Shown here one piece after another: positions 11,833-24,394 of a stretch of DNA of 64,000 bases. The stretch lies in the NCBI GenBank assembly GCA_050084985.1, contig JBITNC010000001.1, positions 202,678,001 to 202,742,000 on the forward strand, read 5' to 3'. Position numbers and translations under genes: made by a program. Positions within the stretch are counted from its first letter, which is position 1; the number at the start of each line of letters is the position of its first letter. This stretch comes from Nageia nagi. Its lineage: Eukaryota; Plantae; Pinophyta. The notes beneath the pieces are model-generated. The model was not told the origin of the DNA. It saw only the letters and a list, made by a program, of their open reading frames with translations, and made no database searches.

Positions 11833-14800
11833 GCTGGATTCCTTCTTTGAAAAATTGGTGGAGGTTTTCTCTAAGTTGGAAATGTCTTCTTTTGCTTTTG
11901 AGGTGTGGAAGCTCGCGTAGAAGTAGGTCTTGTTACTTGTATAGGTACTTCCATCATAGGAGGATTCATGACCAATATCTCCTCGATTGATGGCTCTGAT
12001 CTGTCGTTTAAGATATAAGGTATCTCTACTATCTAGCCATCTTCTAAGGGCTCTCTCAAAAGGTCTCCCTCGTCAATTTCATATTCATCCTCACTGTCAC
12101 TGGAGGGAGGAGAGACAAGAGAACTAGGGCCAGAATTATATAATTGTCCATCTCGAGATGGACCTTTGGGGGGACTTCCACCAGCTTCTTTAAGCATTTG
12201 TATGAGTGTGAAGTGCCACCAGCCTCTTTTATGCTTTTTATCTCCTGTGATAATCCTTGTAATGTCTGGTCAATAATTTGTCCTGGTTTAACAATGAGAG
12301 TAGCATATTGACCAGATTGCCCCTATGTCAACCTCACGGAAGGTGAGATCGATGGGGGTACGTACGGGATCAGGGAATTCTTCTTAAGGATGTATCCTAG
12401 CTACAGCGTTTTCCTCTTGCAAACCTCTCTTCTTCTTCTTGATCTTTGTCTGCAAAAGCTTCTTTTGCTACCGAGTCCCTGTTTATGTCCTTGATTTGCT
12501 TTGTATCATTGACATTTCTATACTTTTCAAGCTTGCCTAGGGACTTGTTGGTATAATCAGTTTGCAAGGTCTTACTGAAGAATGCATTGATTATACCATC
12601 AGGGTCATGGTAGTCCAATGCTTGCTCTACTATGAAGTTGTAGTAAGCCAACTCTGTTTTCATCGTTTTGACTTGCCTCCAAGAAGTGCATTCATACTCC
12701 CCTATGTTGATGGGTAACTTACAATTGGTGGCACTTTTCTTACACCAGACTCTCATGAAGGGCTGACAAGTGTCTACAAAGTTCCATCAAGATGAACCGA
12801 TCACTTGTATAACAAGAAAGTTTGTAAGGTGCTTCATTTGACCCATACACCCTGATATACGTGGCATCGTCTCTTCAAGATAGAAATATACTTGTCCTCA
12901 AAGAGTTTGGATTTTTGCATCTGAAATTTTGGTCATGCTGGCGGATGTCTTTATTTCTTTGTATATCCGACACTCGAATCCATCATTCATCATTTTGAAT
13001 TCGTCCCACCGATTTTCCACCTTGCTCCATCTGATGCCTTTTCCTCTGTTGATCTGATGTATGAAGCCAACAAACTCCTTCCTGAACCTTTGATTGTTCT
13101 CTTATCCTGTTATCCGGCATAACATGTTGATGATGGTAGAGACTATAGGATAAAAGATTGTCCTCTTTTGTTGGCTTAAGGCATTCACCTTAAAGTCTTT
13201 GCATTTGTCGATCAAACAGTCTCTAATCAGCTTTATCATACTATTGAAGAATTTGACGGAGTCTATCAGATGAATATGATGCCCTCGTTGCTCCATGCAA
13301 AAGCACTCTCTATTCCCTCCATCGTGAAGTCTAGTATCTTAGTCCTTTTAATATCAAGGAGGGTTCTCTCCTTTGTATCGCAGTATCTAGCTACCTCAAG
13401 GCACAATTATGGGAATGGAGCAGTATATGAGATCATGGAGGCCTCAACGATCCTTGACTGAGTGAGAGTGTCGTTGAGCAGTTGTTCAAATGGGATTTTG
13501 GCCATCTTTTCTAATGTCTTGACTAGGTCAATGTGTACCCAGCCTGTATCTCTGATTTGACCAAGGCCATCTACTAGCACAGCTACAGGGAAAGCAACCT
13601 TCCCTCTTTTCTCAAGGATGATCATGCTATCCTTCATGATTCTCTCCATCTAGAGCTCTTTGCTCTTCTTAGCAATGCTCATTGTTTATAGCCTGTGGAG
13701 CATAAAAAGGTGTTAGGAAGGATATTGGTTGTTTCTGGAGCAAAAATGAGATATTCAATTTTTGGCCTATTTTCGGGTTTTTAAGAGGTTGCGGATTTTC
13801 GAGATTTTTGAAGGTTGTCGGAACAGAGAAACAAGTACATGGGGTGTTGGCAAATAAATCTAGGAGGCTTGTGTCCAAGTCTTAGAGCAAAATATCGAAT
13901 TTTTGATGTACGAATTAACTCGCTGTTTTTTTCGCCCATGTATTTGTTTTTTACAGGTTTTTGGCCAGCTTCAAAGCTTCGAAAGATGGGAATGCAAAGT
14001 GAATCATCAAGCTTCGTTTGAGGAAAGTGAATGATGGAGGTTGTTCTCCTATATAAGGTCTATCACTTTAGTATTCACTTCGAACTCCGGATCATCCAAA
14101 ATTTGGGAAATTTGGGGTCTTGAAAAAGCACTTTTTGCTGATTTTGCAAGTTTTTGACAGGTCTAAAAATGGTTGAAAATGGCCAAAAGCTTGGGGGAAG
14201 GGGGGTGGGGTGGTTGGTGGGGGAATTCGGAAAAATATTAAAAAGTGGATTTGAGCTAATGGATGGATAAAAGATAGGATTATAAGGGATTTAGCAAATT
14301 TTGAAAGGATTTGGAACTTTTTAGAATCTTGTGATCAAGTTTTGAGTTTTCGAGCAAGTTTGTGAGGTTTTGTGAGGATTTTGCTCAAAAATGGATGCAT
14401 GGATGACTAAGGAGAGAGTGTTGTGGAGCAAATGAGAGGCTTAAGCTTGTATTTATGGAGGTTTTGTGCCTTTTGCATGCTCCTTAGTGCGTATTTGCCC
14501 TAAAAAAATGCATTTTGCATGCTCCTTAAGGATTTTGAGCTTGAAAACACTCCACAGGATTGCAAACTTGCGCCAAGCTTTTTGAGGCATTTCACTTGCT
14601 CAAAATTGAATTTTTCAAAGTTTAAATGTGCTTGTTTTCACTCCCTTCACCCAATCATGTGCCAAAAATAGAATTTTGAAGAAAATTTGGGCTTTCTCCT
14701 TGGATCTAGGCGCTAGATTTCACTCTTTGGATTATCTAATGGCATGAAAACCTGCGCCTATCATTTTGGGGCATTTCAATTGATCAAAATCGAAAATTTG

Positions 14801-16929
14801 CTGACCTAAATGTGCTTAGAATGCCATTTTCCATCCAATGAAGTCAAAATTTTCGATTTTTTAGAAAAATTTATCACTCCTCAATTTTGGCACTGGTTTT
14901 CACCTCTATGGATTTCCAATGGGCTGAAAAACTGTGCCAAGGATTTGGAGGCCTTTCAACAGCTCAAAATTGAAAATTTGATAGTTTAAATGTGCTTCGA
15001 ATACCCCTTATCATGAAAATATGCCAGAAAATTTAGCTTTTGAAGAAAATTTTAATCTTCCCTCCATGCTAGCCGCCAATTTTCATGTCTATGGATTTCC
15101 ATTAGCATGAAAAACTGTGCCTTCCTTTTTAAGGGGTTTCCATGACTCAAAATCAAAAATTTCATGCAATGGAGGAGTCCAAATTGGCTTTCAAGCAATT
15201 TTCCACTTTTTTCTCCAACTTGGGCTCTAGATTTCATCTCAATTTTGCATTTTTCTCCCCCATTTCTATGAATTTCCTATAGGCTTGAAAAACTGTGCCA
15301 AGGATTTGCGTGCTTTAGACTTGGTCAAAATTGAAAATTTCAAGTCATAATTGTGTTAGAATTCACCTTATCTCTCCAATGATGCTCTTAGACTTGATTT
15401 CCGACACCATTTGCATTTATCTTTGACAAATAGGCACCATTTTCCACTCTTTTGGATTATCAATACCTTGGAAAACCGTGCCTAGGGCTAGGGGTGCTCG
15501 CATTTGCAATTTCAATCAATTTTGAGCTCAAATTGTGCATTTCCGACCATTCCTTGTGTTTTCAAGCTCAATCTGTACAAAAACAACATTTCTGCCTTTT
15601 CGAGTTCAAACTCAACATTTCCAATCATTTATGGTATTTTAGGGCTCAAAGTATGAATTTCCAGCATTTTCGAGCTCAAACTATGCAAAAAGATCATTTC
15701 CGGCATTTCCAATTATTTCTAGCTCAACTTTGCATTTTTGAATATTTCAAAACTTTCTGAGCTCAAACACTACAAAAACACACATTTTTACCATACCATT
15801 TCCGAGCTCAAAGTTGACCAAAACCCTCTTTTTTGTCATACTTACCATTTTCTAGCTTTTCAAGCTCAAACTTTGATAAAAACACACATTTCTGTGCCAC
15901 TTCCTAGCTCAAAATTCACAAAAACACACCTTTTCCACCATGTTGGCCATTTCCTGAAAAACTTCACTTTTCGATCATTGTCATGACCCAAAACTCCATC
16001 TTGTGCAATGTCGCTTGAAACCAAGCATTAAACTAGCCACTAGATATGTTGAACTGTCTTCATGACTCTGGGGGCATCTTCGTGCACTACTCGATCATCT
16101 GGCCACTCTGAATCTTCATCTTGACCTTAGTCTAGTTATTCTTAAGCAATGTCCTTCATTGCCTTTGCAAAAATTGAATCCCCAAAATGTTGCATTTTGG
16201 TTTGTGTTGTGCGGGCAAAACATTAGCAAAATAAAAACAAAAACAAAAATTTGTACAATAAGAAGCACAATGATGTGCTTCATCCATTGGAAGAAGGTCC
16301 AATGTCAACATATACTAGCAATTGCATCATTGGTTTGTTTTATAGTGAGTGAACTCTCACTAGTAGAAGTGGTCGTTGGGACACCTTCGTTATATCACAT
16401 GTTCAAGAAGCATAACTATGGCCATCATTCCCAGCTCACGAGATGGATCAGAATGATGCGGCCGCAATCATTCTTAGTGTCCTCGTCTTTCCCATCACAC
16501 CATAGTTGGACAGTAGCATGAATCTTACAATCCTCTATTTGTGCTTCATCAAAAAACATGAGGCCTATTAATCACACCATTATCATTTTCTTTGTCCATC
16601 ATTTACAATTCTAAAAATCCTCTATTTTTCGTACTTGCACCGATTGGCAAGGTACCAGTGTCAGCTCCTGTTTCATCAAATAATCATTAGTATCATCCAG
16701 AATGTCTATTCCATATGTAGTCTCTGAGTCGAAACAAATAGTTCCTGAGCTCGATGTGCTCTGATGATTGTAACTTTTATTCGGACTTACACCAATTGGT
16801 AGCAAACCAATGTCAGTTAATGAGCTATTCTACACAAAATTCCTAACTAAATATGGCCGAAATTTGAATGCTAAAGCATAGATACCTAACTATTTACAAG
16901 TGGTACCATAGGACCTTTCATCCTCATGG

Positions 16930-18150
16930 TTGGAAATAGTGCTTCAAGTGTTTACCATTAACAAGTAATGGTAAAACTTCACCAGTAAGATGTTGAAGTA
17001 TAAAAGCATTTTGTCCCAGAATACAAGATATTTGGAACGGGCCTAGCCATAATTTATCAAATTTGGCATGCTTGCCCTTGTCTTCTCGAGCCTTGCCCTA
17101 TAGTAGGACCAAGTCATCAACTCGGAAGCCTTTGTACTGAGCATTCTTGTCAAACCACCTCTTAGTAGCCAATTGGTGTTGACTAATGTTCGGGAATGCT
17201 TGCTCTCTCTTTTCATCTAACTGGGGTAACTCTGCTAGTCGACTCTCAATTATGTTGCCAAAGTCCCCATGGTCCTTCATGAATTGCAAGGTTGCAATCT
17301 TCAAGTATATAGGAAAAATTGGTTTTGTGTCGTAGACTAGCTAGAATGGAGAAGTACCCAATGATTTCTTTATCCTAATCCAATCTAACCACAAAGTGTA
17401 CTTGAGTTTGTTGTGCCAGTCTCTCGGATTTTCTTCAAGGAGTTTCTTGATGCCCATCAGCAAGTTCTTGTTAGTGGATTCAGCCAGCCTATTCCCATGT
17501 GGGTAATAATTGGGAGAAAAGTTCAAAAGTATATTACGATCGTAGGTCCATTCAACAAATTTCGTAGATATGAAAGTTGAACCATTGTCGGCTACCAAAT
17601 ATTGTGGGATACAAAATCTTGTAACTATTAACTCTTCCAAGAATTTAATGATGACTTCAAAAGTCGCATTCTTGCAAGCTTGGGCTTCGATCCATCTCTA
17701 ACAATAGTTTGTCGCGGTCAAGATGAATCGATGCCCAGTGGATAACCCAACGAAGTCTAATCCCCACTTAGCAAATGGTTTTGCTTCTATAATTGGCTGA
17801 AGTGGCATGCTTGAATTCCTTTCTCTTCCAGCTGTTGTCTAGCAGATGTGGCAAGTCTTAGTGTGCTCATGAGTATCTTTAAAAATACTCGGCCAATAGT
17901 AACCAGCTCAAAGAATCTGATGGGCTAGTGTAGTGCCAAATGCATGTCCAATGCCACCTTCTTGAATGTGAAACTGCTTGAGGACCTCTTTTGCTTGATC
18001 CTTTTCTACGCATCTCAAATAGATACCTTCATAGTTTTTTTCTAAATAATTTGTCGGCTTTGATCATGAACTTGGCCAACCTATATCTTAATGCTCTTTT
18101 CTATGCTAGACTGAAGTTAGATGGATATGATCCCGTTGTGAGATAAAGTA
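16930..18150 (-). pseudogene. Gypsy integrase (HHCC, core, GPF motif)
   Basis: Motifs GYYWPSIFKDTHEHTKTCHIC, LVADNGSTF, YYPHGNRLAESTNK and KFDKLWLGPFQI...NGKHLKHYF. Confidence 0.92.
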
Positions 18151-18238
18151 TAATATCCTCATACCAAGATCCTGTTTGGGGTGTATATTGGCACGACATT
18201 ATTTTGTCTTCTTGGGGATCAATCTCGTCAGTAGTAGT

Positions 18239-18660
18239 TTATGTATGGCAATAAGCTAAGGTTTTTGTTAAACCTTGTCCTCTGACAATCTTCATGGGTT
18301 GTACCATCGAATCATATTCTTGTAATGCGGGAACCCAATTTTCCCTTTTATCTCCTAACTCATGTTGGGCAAGTAGATTCTTGACTGCTGTATCTAACAA
18401 TATTGCAATGATTTCGCTTCTAAGAATATAGTATCTAAACTTCTTAACTGCTTTGACCAATGCATAGGCTTGTTTGTCCAGGACTAAGTATCTCAAGGCT
18501 ATCTCTTTTAAAAGTGCGCTCATGAAACCAATGGGTTTTTCTAGATCATCATTCCTTTGCGTGACTACTCCAGCTAGTGAGTGACTTGATGCAAAAGTGT
18601 AAAGATACAATGGCTTCTTGTAGTCTAGGCTAGTCAATACAGGTGCACTAGAGATTGCAT
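18239..18660 (-). pseudogene. Gypsy RNase H
   Basis: DYKKPLYLYTFASSHSLAGVVTQ...KPIGFMS...Y..LDKQAYALVKAVKKFRYYI. Confidence 0.9.
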
Positions 18661-18670
18661 CTTTGATGTC

Positions 18671-19620
18671 CTAAAAAGACTTCCGTGCTTCTGCTTTCCA
18701 TTCTATTTTAGAATCTTTCTTCAACATTTTGTTGATAGGTTTTATGATTTCCGAAAATCCTGAGATGAATTTTCGGACAAAGTTTATCAAACCCATGAAT
18801 GATCTCACTTCTTTCAAACTGGAAGGATAAGTGATTTTTTGTATAGCATTTACTCTATCTAGATCTATAAAAATCTTGTTCTCTGAGATGATATCACCCA
18901 AGAGCTTTCCTTTCGAAGTGCCAAAGATGCACTTCTTAGGGTTTAAAGATATGCCAAAATCTCAACATCTTTGAAAAATTCGCTTTAAGTCATCAATGTG
19001 TGATTCTCTTTGTTTGAAGAAAAATATCCACTCATCCATGTAAATGATGATTGATTTTCCCACTAATCCTTTGAATGCAAAATCCATAGCATGCTAAAAA
19101 GTCGCCCCGGCATTGATTAACCCGAATGGCATCCAAATGTATGCAAGCATTCTTTATTTGGTGGTGAACGTTGTCTTCAATCTATCTCGCTCATCTACCA
19201 TGATCTGATTGTACCCGAAATAGCCATCTAAGAATGATATCATTTGGGATCCATTCATGATCTGTAGAACTTCATCTAGTGAGGGCAAAGGATAGTTGTC
19301 TTTTTTTGATGCCCTATTTAGATGCCTAAAGTCTATGCAAATTCTGATTTCACCGCTCTTTTTGCGAACGGGAACAATGTTGGCCACCCAAGATGAATGT
19401 CGTACTGGAAAGATGATCCCTATTTCTGCCAGCTTCAGGACTTCCTGAAATATTACTGGTTTTAGCAAAGCATTCATTGTTCTTTGTCATTGTCTGAATG
19501 GCTTTGGCTTAGGCTTTCATGGAATTGTATGAGTGATGATCGTGGGATCATAAGTTTTCAAATGCTCATACCTCCATGCAATGATGTCAATGTATTGCTT
19601 GATGGCTGATATCATGTGTT
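18671..19620 (-). pseudogene. Gypsy reverse transcriptase
   Basis: SSWVANIVPVRKKSGEIRICIDFRHLN, FLDGYFGYNQI, MPFGLINAGATF and IIIYMDE (degenerate YMDD). Confidence 0.95.
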
Positions 19621-19899
19621 TCCTTTCTAAACCGGTACAAGATTTGCCAATCAAGATTTCTCTTCTATCTGACTCAGTACCAATGTTTACTACGTCGGCT
19701 TCTTCAGCATCTATCCGACTAATTACTCTTCCACCTTAAATCATATCTTGGTCAAAAAGTCTTTCAAGTGATACTATTTCTCTAGGGATCTTATTAGTTT
19801 TCAATTGTATGATCCAATCCTCTATATTTTTTGACTCTTCGCTATTGAAATTTATTCGATCCTCACCGATCTCTTGGGAAGCAAACACCCCTTGACGAA

Positions 19900-20360
19900 C
19901 AATGAATTCCAAAATCTATTGATCATCATTGAATATTTGGAAATTCGTGACATTATTAGGTATGGAGGCTGTTGGCACCATTTCAATAGTAAATCTACGA
20001 AGAGTAGAATCTTGCATTGGGTGCAAAGTACTAGCAGGTACGGCTAAGGAATCAGCCATCATATTCTTCTATCTAGGCACAGTATAGATATTGAACGCCT
20101 CAAAGCAATCTATCAAGTCCCACGCCCTTGTTCTCTACGTGTGCAATCTTGGATTTTTACTTGCAATTGTTCGATATTTTTGGAAAGAGCTAACTTCAGG
20201 TCATTATGAGGGCTTCATACTCAGTTGTATTGCAAGTATTTGGGAATTGCAGCCTATATGATGCATGATATCTACTGCCATTTGGATTTTGTAATTCTAC
20301 ATTGGCTCCGCTTCCTTGCTTGGACTTTGACACATCAAATCTAAGTATCCAAGACTTGTC
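19900..20360 (-). pseudogene. Additional archaeal-type RNase H (aRH) between protease and RT
   Basis: WILRFDVSKSKQGSGA...YRLQFPNTCNTTEYEAL and AWDLIDCFEAFNISTVPR*KNMMADSLA match RNase HI (archaeal-like) motifs FDGS, NNxAEYEAL and NxxADxLA. Confidence 0.85.
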
Positions 20361-20499
20361 ATTGGGATCCTTCTTGGATTTAAGAATTGTCGATGAAGTT
20401 TTCCCCTTGAATTTAATTACCATTGGCTCTAACTGGATGGGGTCTGATTTTTCTTATTCTTCTCCCATGTCAAGCACATACACTCCAATATCTTCTTCT

Positions 20500-20890
20500 T
20501 AAACAACTACTACTTCATTCACATTTTTGTACTCAGTGATGAGTTCTGTAAGATTCGGCTCTTCTTCTACCCTTATTTGATTTGTGATTCCGTTCCATGG
20601 TAACCACATAAGAGACTTGGATGTATCTAGAATCTCTACTACCTGGATGTCAATGCGTTGGGAAATGCGAGGTTTTGATGCAATCTTTATGTGAACATCT
20701 CGAAGCATTCCTATAACTCTTACTTCTATTTTATCCAATTGGGTAATTTTTCTAGGATTGTTTGTAATGGGAATCTACAAATTTTTGCAAACACCATGTG
20801 GCATGATACTGCTTTGTGCTCCTGAATAAACTAAACAATTACATACATTTTTGCCTGCAATTCTCAATGTAAGTAGTAAAGGAGGTACTT
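20500..20890 (-). pseudogene. Aspartic protease
   Basis: PPLLLTLRIAGKNVCNCLVYSGAQSSIMP (DSG mutated to YSG), followed by VIGMLRDVHIKI. Confidence 0.8.
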
Positions 20891-21399
20891 CATTTTTCCC
20901 TTCTTTTTTACGAACTGAAAGGCATTTGTCTTAGTAGGTTTAGCTACCCATTTTTGTTTAGTTTTCTTGAATTCTTTTTGCAACAAATCTTATTGTTCTT
21001 GTATTTGCATTACGTCATATAATGTCCAGCTAGCTGTAATCTTCTTGAGATCATCGACTATGTTGCAGTTGGATCCATTGGATTGAATCTTCTCTTCATC
21101 CATTGCTTTATTCTTTGGTTGGATGGGCGGTTGCTGTTGAACTTCCTATTGAGGTGGCCTCGATGGTTGAGACTATGTAGCTTGTGAAGGTTTAGCGGTG
21201 GTTCTATCAACTTTTTGCACAACTAGCTGTGCAACTCTCTCTAAAACTAGCTGTACGATCCTTTCTACAACTAGTTGCACGAGTGGAGGATTGCTTGATG
21301 AAGTAGTATTTGGTGGAAGCTGAGAACTATTCAGAGGTCAAGATGAAGTTCAAGGTTCCTTATGCCTTGGTCGAAAATTATAACCTTGTTGACCTGAGG

Positions 21400-24394
21400 A
21401 TGATTGCTAAGTAGCATACGTTTGATATTCTTGGTAAGAATTAGGATCATCAAAAAGTTGATCTACATCGTATACTTCATCTTCAGTTTTCAATTCTATA
21501 ATGCATTCCTCTTCATCATTACCGTACATTTCAGTAACCAAGATTTTATTAGAATCATCATGGGAAGTACTTGGTCCATCATTAGGCGTTATCTTCATGT
21601 TTTGGATTTCCTGTTGAAAGATGTTCAATGCAGCTTTCAATTAATGACATCCAAATTCACCATGTGCAGCTGTAGAATGAATTCTACACTAATTGGGCAA
21701 AACTACACCAGTTAAATCAACATTATGAACCTGGTTAGTGTTATTGTTATTTATCACTGGATTCGGTACTATGCCACTGTTAGGATCGGAATTCCAATTT
21801 CTATTAGGCCTTTGGAAGTTGTAGTTCTTGGGCCTATCTCGTTGATAGTCCTGATTTTGATTATTCTGAAAATTCTGCCCACGATCATTTTGGTAATTTT
21901 GGCTTTGATCATTCTGACGATTTTGGCCTTGATCATTTCTTTGATCCTGAGTCCCTTGTTTCAGCTTCAATTGAGTCATGTCATTTGTCAATTTTTGAAC
22001 CATTTTCTGCATTTCATAATATTCTAGTGTTTGTCTAGAAGAGCCAGCGGTATTAGTAGCTGGATTGGATACTAGGATAGTTGTATTGAGAAATAGAGTT
22101 TGAAATGGAATATTAACAGGTGAGGAGCATGTGACTAGTGGAAGAAATGAAGGGTTGGGTAATGTTTGATTGATATTTACAGATGGTTGTTCACGAATGA
22201 ACTGGACTGTGGTGCAATCGTAGCATTGACAAGATTTATATGCGTAGTCTCAGCATACAGGTAGTATGGAGGAGCAAGAGGATTGGGGTGAAGTGAATTA
22301 CAAAACATAGAAAATGTAGGCATACCTTGTGAATTGGGATTTTGTGACATCCCATTTTGACCAACAATAAAATGTATCATGGTCACTTTGTATTCTAGTG
22401 TTTGTTTAGGGTCATGTTGTACTTGTGTAACTCAAGCAGGAGCTTATCATTTGCGGACCCCACTGTAAACCTAGTAATGAGACATCTCTCCTTGAGTAGT
22501 ATTGTGTTAATTGTAATGGGTTATCCCAGATTGTGGGAATCCCTAGATAGACATGAGTCTTGTATAGTCCTGAGTGCACAAAGGAGCATACCAACGTTGG
22601 GAAGGCCCCACATACCCCACTTTGGACCCCCACGTCAGCTTAAGAGGCTCATTAGACCCCACGTCAACCTTGAGGGCCTTTATGACCCCATGTTGACATA
22701 TTGGGCCCATGGGGACCCCATGTTAGCATACTGGGCCAATATGACCCCCACATTGGCATGGTTTACCTATTGACCCAAACTTTGGATTAGACTTGGCTTG
22801 GGATGATAACGAGGCATGACAGATGGAAACAAGAGGCTATATATTGAGGATGGAGCTCCATGATGAGGTTGGCTATTGATTATACTTCTTCTATACCGAA
22901 CCCACCTGGGCATTCAAGTCTTGGCAGCACTAAACATTATTCCTAGACAAGGTCTAGAGGAGTGGCAGGGTTGGGAGGCTTAGGTGGGTCACCTAGCCCA
23001 TCCGATGGAATTCTGAGGACGAGCTTCTACCTTCAATAGTTGCCAGTATTCGAGGAGACTCTTTCGCAAGAGGAGATTCAGGTAGCTGAGGGAGTGAATC
23101 TAATCTCTTTTGTATGTTCGACTTGTAAGGTTTTGGAACCCTAGATCTAATCTATTGAGATCCTCATTGTACTCCATCTCCATACCATAATAAATTACAT
23201 ATTGCATCTCTCATCATTGTGTTGTCCATTGTATGTGTTGTGTATCTTATATATTGATGTTGGAAGCTTCGTTCTTGTGTTGTTCAATCTGTGTTGCAGT
23301 TGTGGGTGTTCAAGCATTGCATATTCAATTGTGAGGCATTCATTGAGGTGCCAAGTGTTGGATAGTGCCCTAGAGGGCTGACGTCAGGATGTAGGGGTCA
23401 CGTGGAAGCCTTGGGAGACTAACGCCTGCATTGTAGAGGGTTTGGGTGCCCTAGGGGCCCTACATGGGTGTGTTTGCATCATTGGTTGAGGGTTTGAATG
23501 TCCTAGTTGGAATTGATCTTGCCAAGGGTGATTTTAGGTCATCACAAATTTGAGGCGTATACGTTTGAAAGATGTATTGCTTGTAGTGTACTAATCTTCA
23601 TTTGGCCAATGCTCTAAGGATTAAGTTGTTGCTCTACTTTGATGGCTTCTCCATAAGCCATTGGTAGTGTAGTAACTAAAATGTCTCTCCTAACAAAAGC
23701 TAAGGTTTATGGATCCAATGCTTTGAAATACATCGTAAGAGTAAAGTCTTTTGCCACATTGTAGGGATCCACCAGCTTGTTGTACTCCTTTGAAAAATTT
23801 GTCATTGAAATTTCTCAAGCGTTCATGTTGTCCCCTTGAGATAGTGGTGAAATTATGGTACAAAATAGTATGATCTATGGGCACCCTTAACTGATTGATA
23901 AATGCTTGTTCAAATTGGTCCCATGAGGTAATTGATCCTTCACTTAGATTATCATACCATAAGCTAGCATGTTCGTCAAATGTGGTAGGGAACATGTTAC
24001 ATGCTACATCTTCATGTTGAACTCTTAATCCAGCTAGTCCGTTCTTGTACCTTTGAACATATTCTTCAGTTGCTACTGAGCCATTGTGCTTATACCTTGG
24101 GATGTATTTATCTGGGTTCTTTGGAGGATCATTAGCTTGAGCTTTGAAATTGATAGGACTTCCTTTCAACCAATTTGGTACTTGTGCTACCATTGTATTG
24201 CTCTGATGCTGAGATACTTGAACACTATGTGGCAATGGGTTACTTGGATTTAGAGATACTTGAGTACTTGGTATGTTACTACTCGGATTCCAAGATACTT
24301 GAGTACTTGATAACGCCAATGGCTGAGGGATGAATTGTATGATCGGTTGCATGATATTAAGGTCAATAACCGATGTTTTAGAAGATTTGAACAA
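21400..24394 (-). pseudogene. Retrotransposon gag, interrupted by a solo LTR
   Basis: QHEDVACNMFPTTFDEHASLWYDNLSEGSITSWDQFEQAFINQ is the Retrotrans_gag signature. Q/N-rich repeats at ~21830-21955. Confidence 0.9.
22343..23546. mobile_element. Solo LTR (1.2 kb) inserted in gag
   Basis: TGTGAC...TCATCACA termini and TSD GATTT/AATTT (1 mismatch). Internal ~29-bp gacccca... repeats at 22625-22760. Confidence 0.75.

Larger units (their letters stand above)
8403..13680 (-). pseudogene. Extra ORF (eORF) of the Tat element, originally ~1000 aa, interrupted by the 9600-11832 insert
   Basis: Colinear ORF pieces at 13407-13649, 13102-13296, 12397-12756, 9091-9435 and 8564-9094 on one strand. Coiled-coil-like C-terminal half. 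A second copy lies at 24880-26156. Confidence 0.7.
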
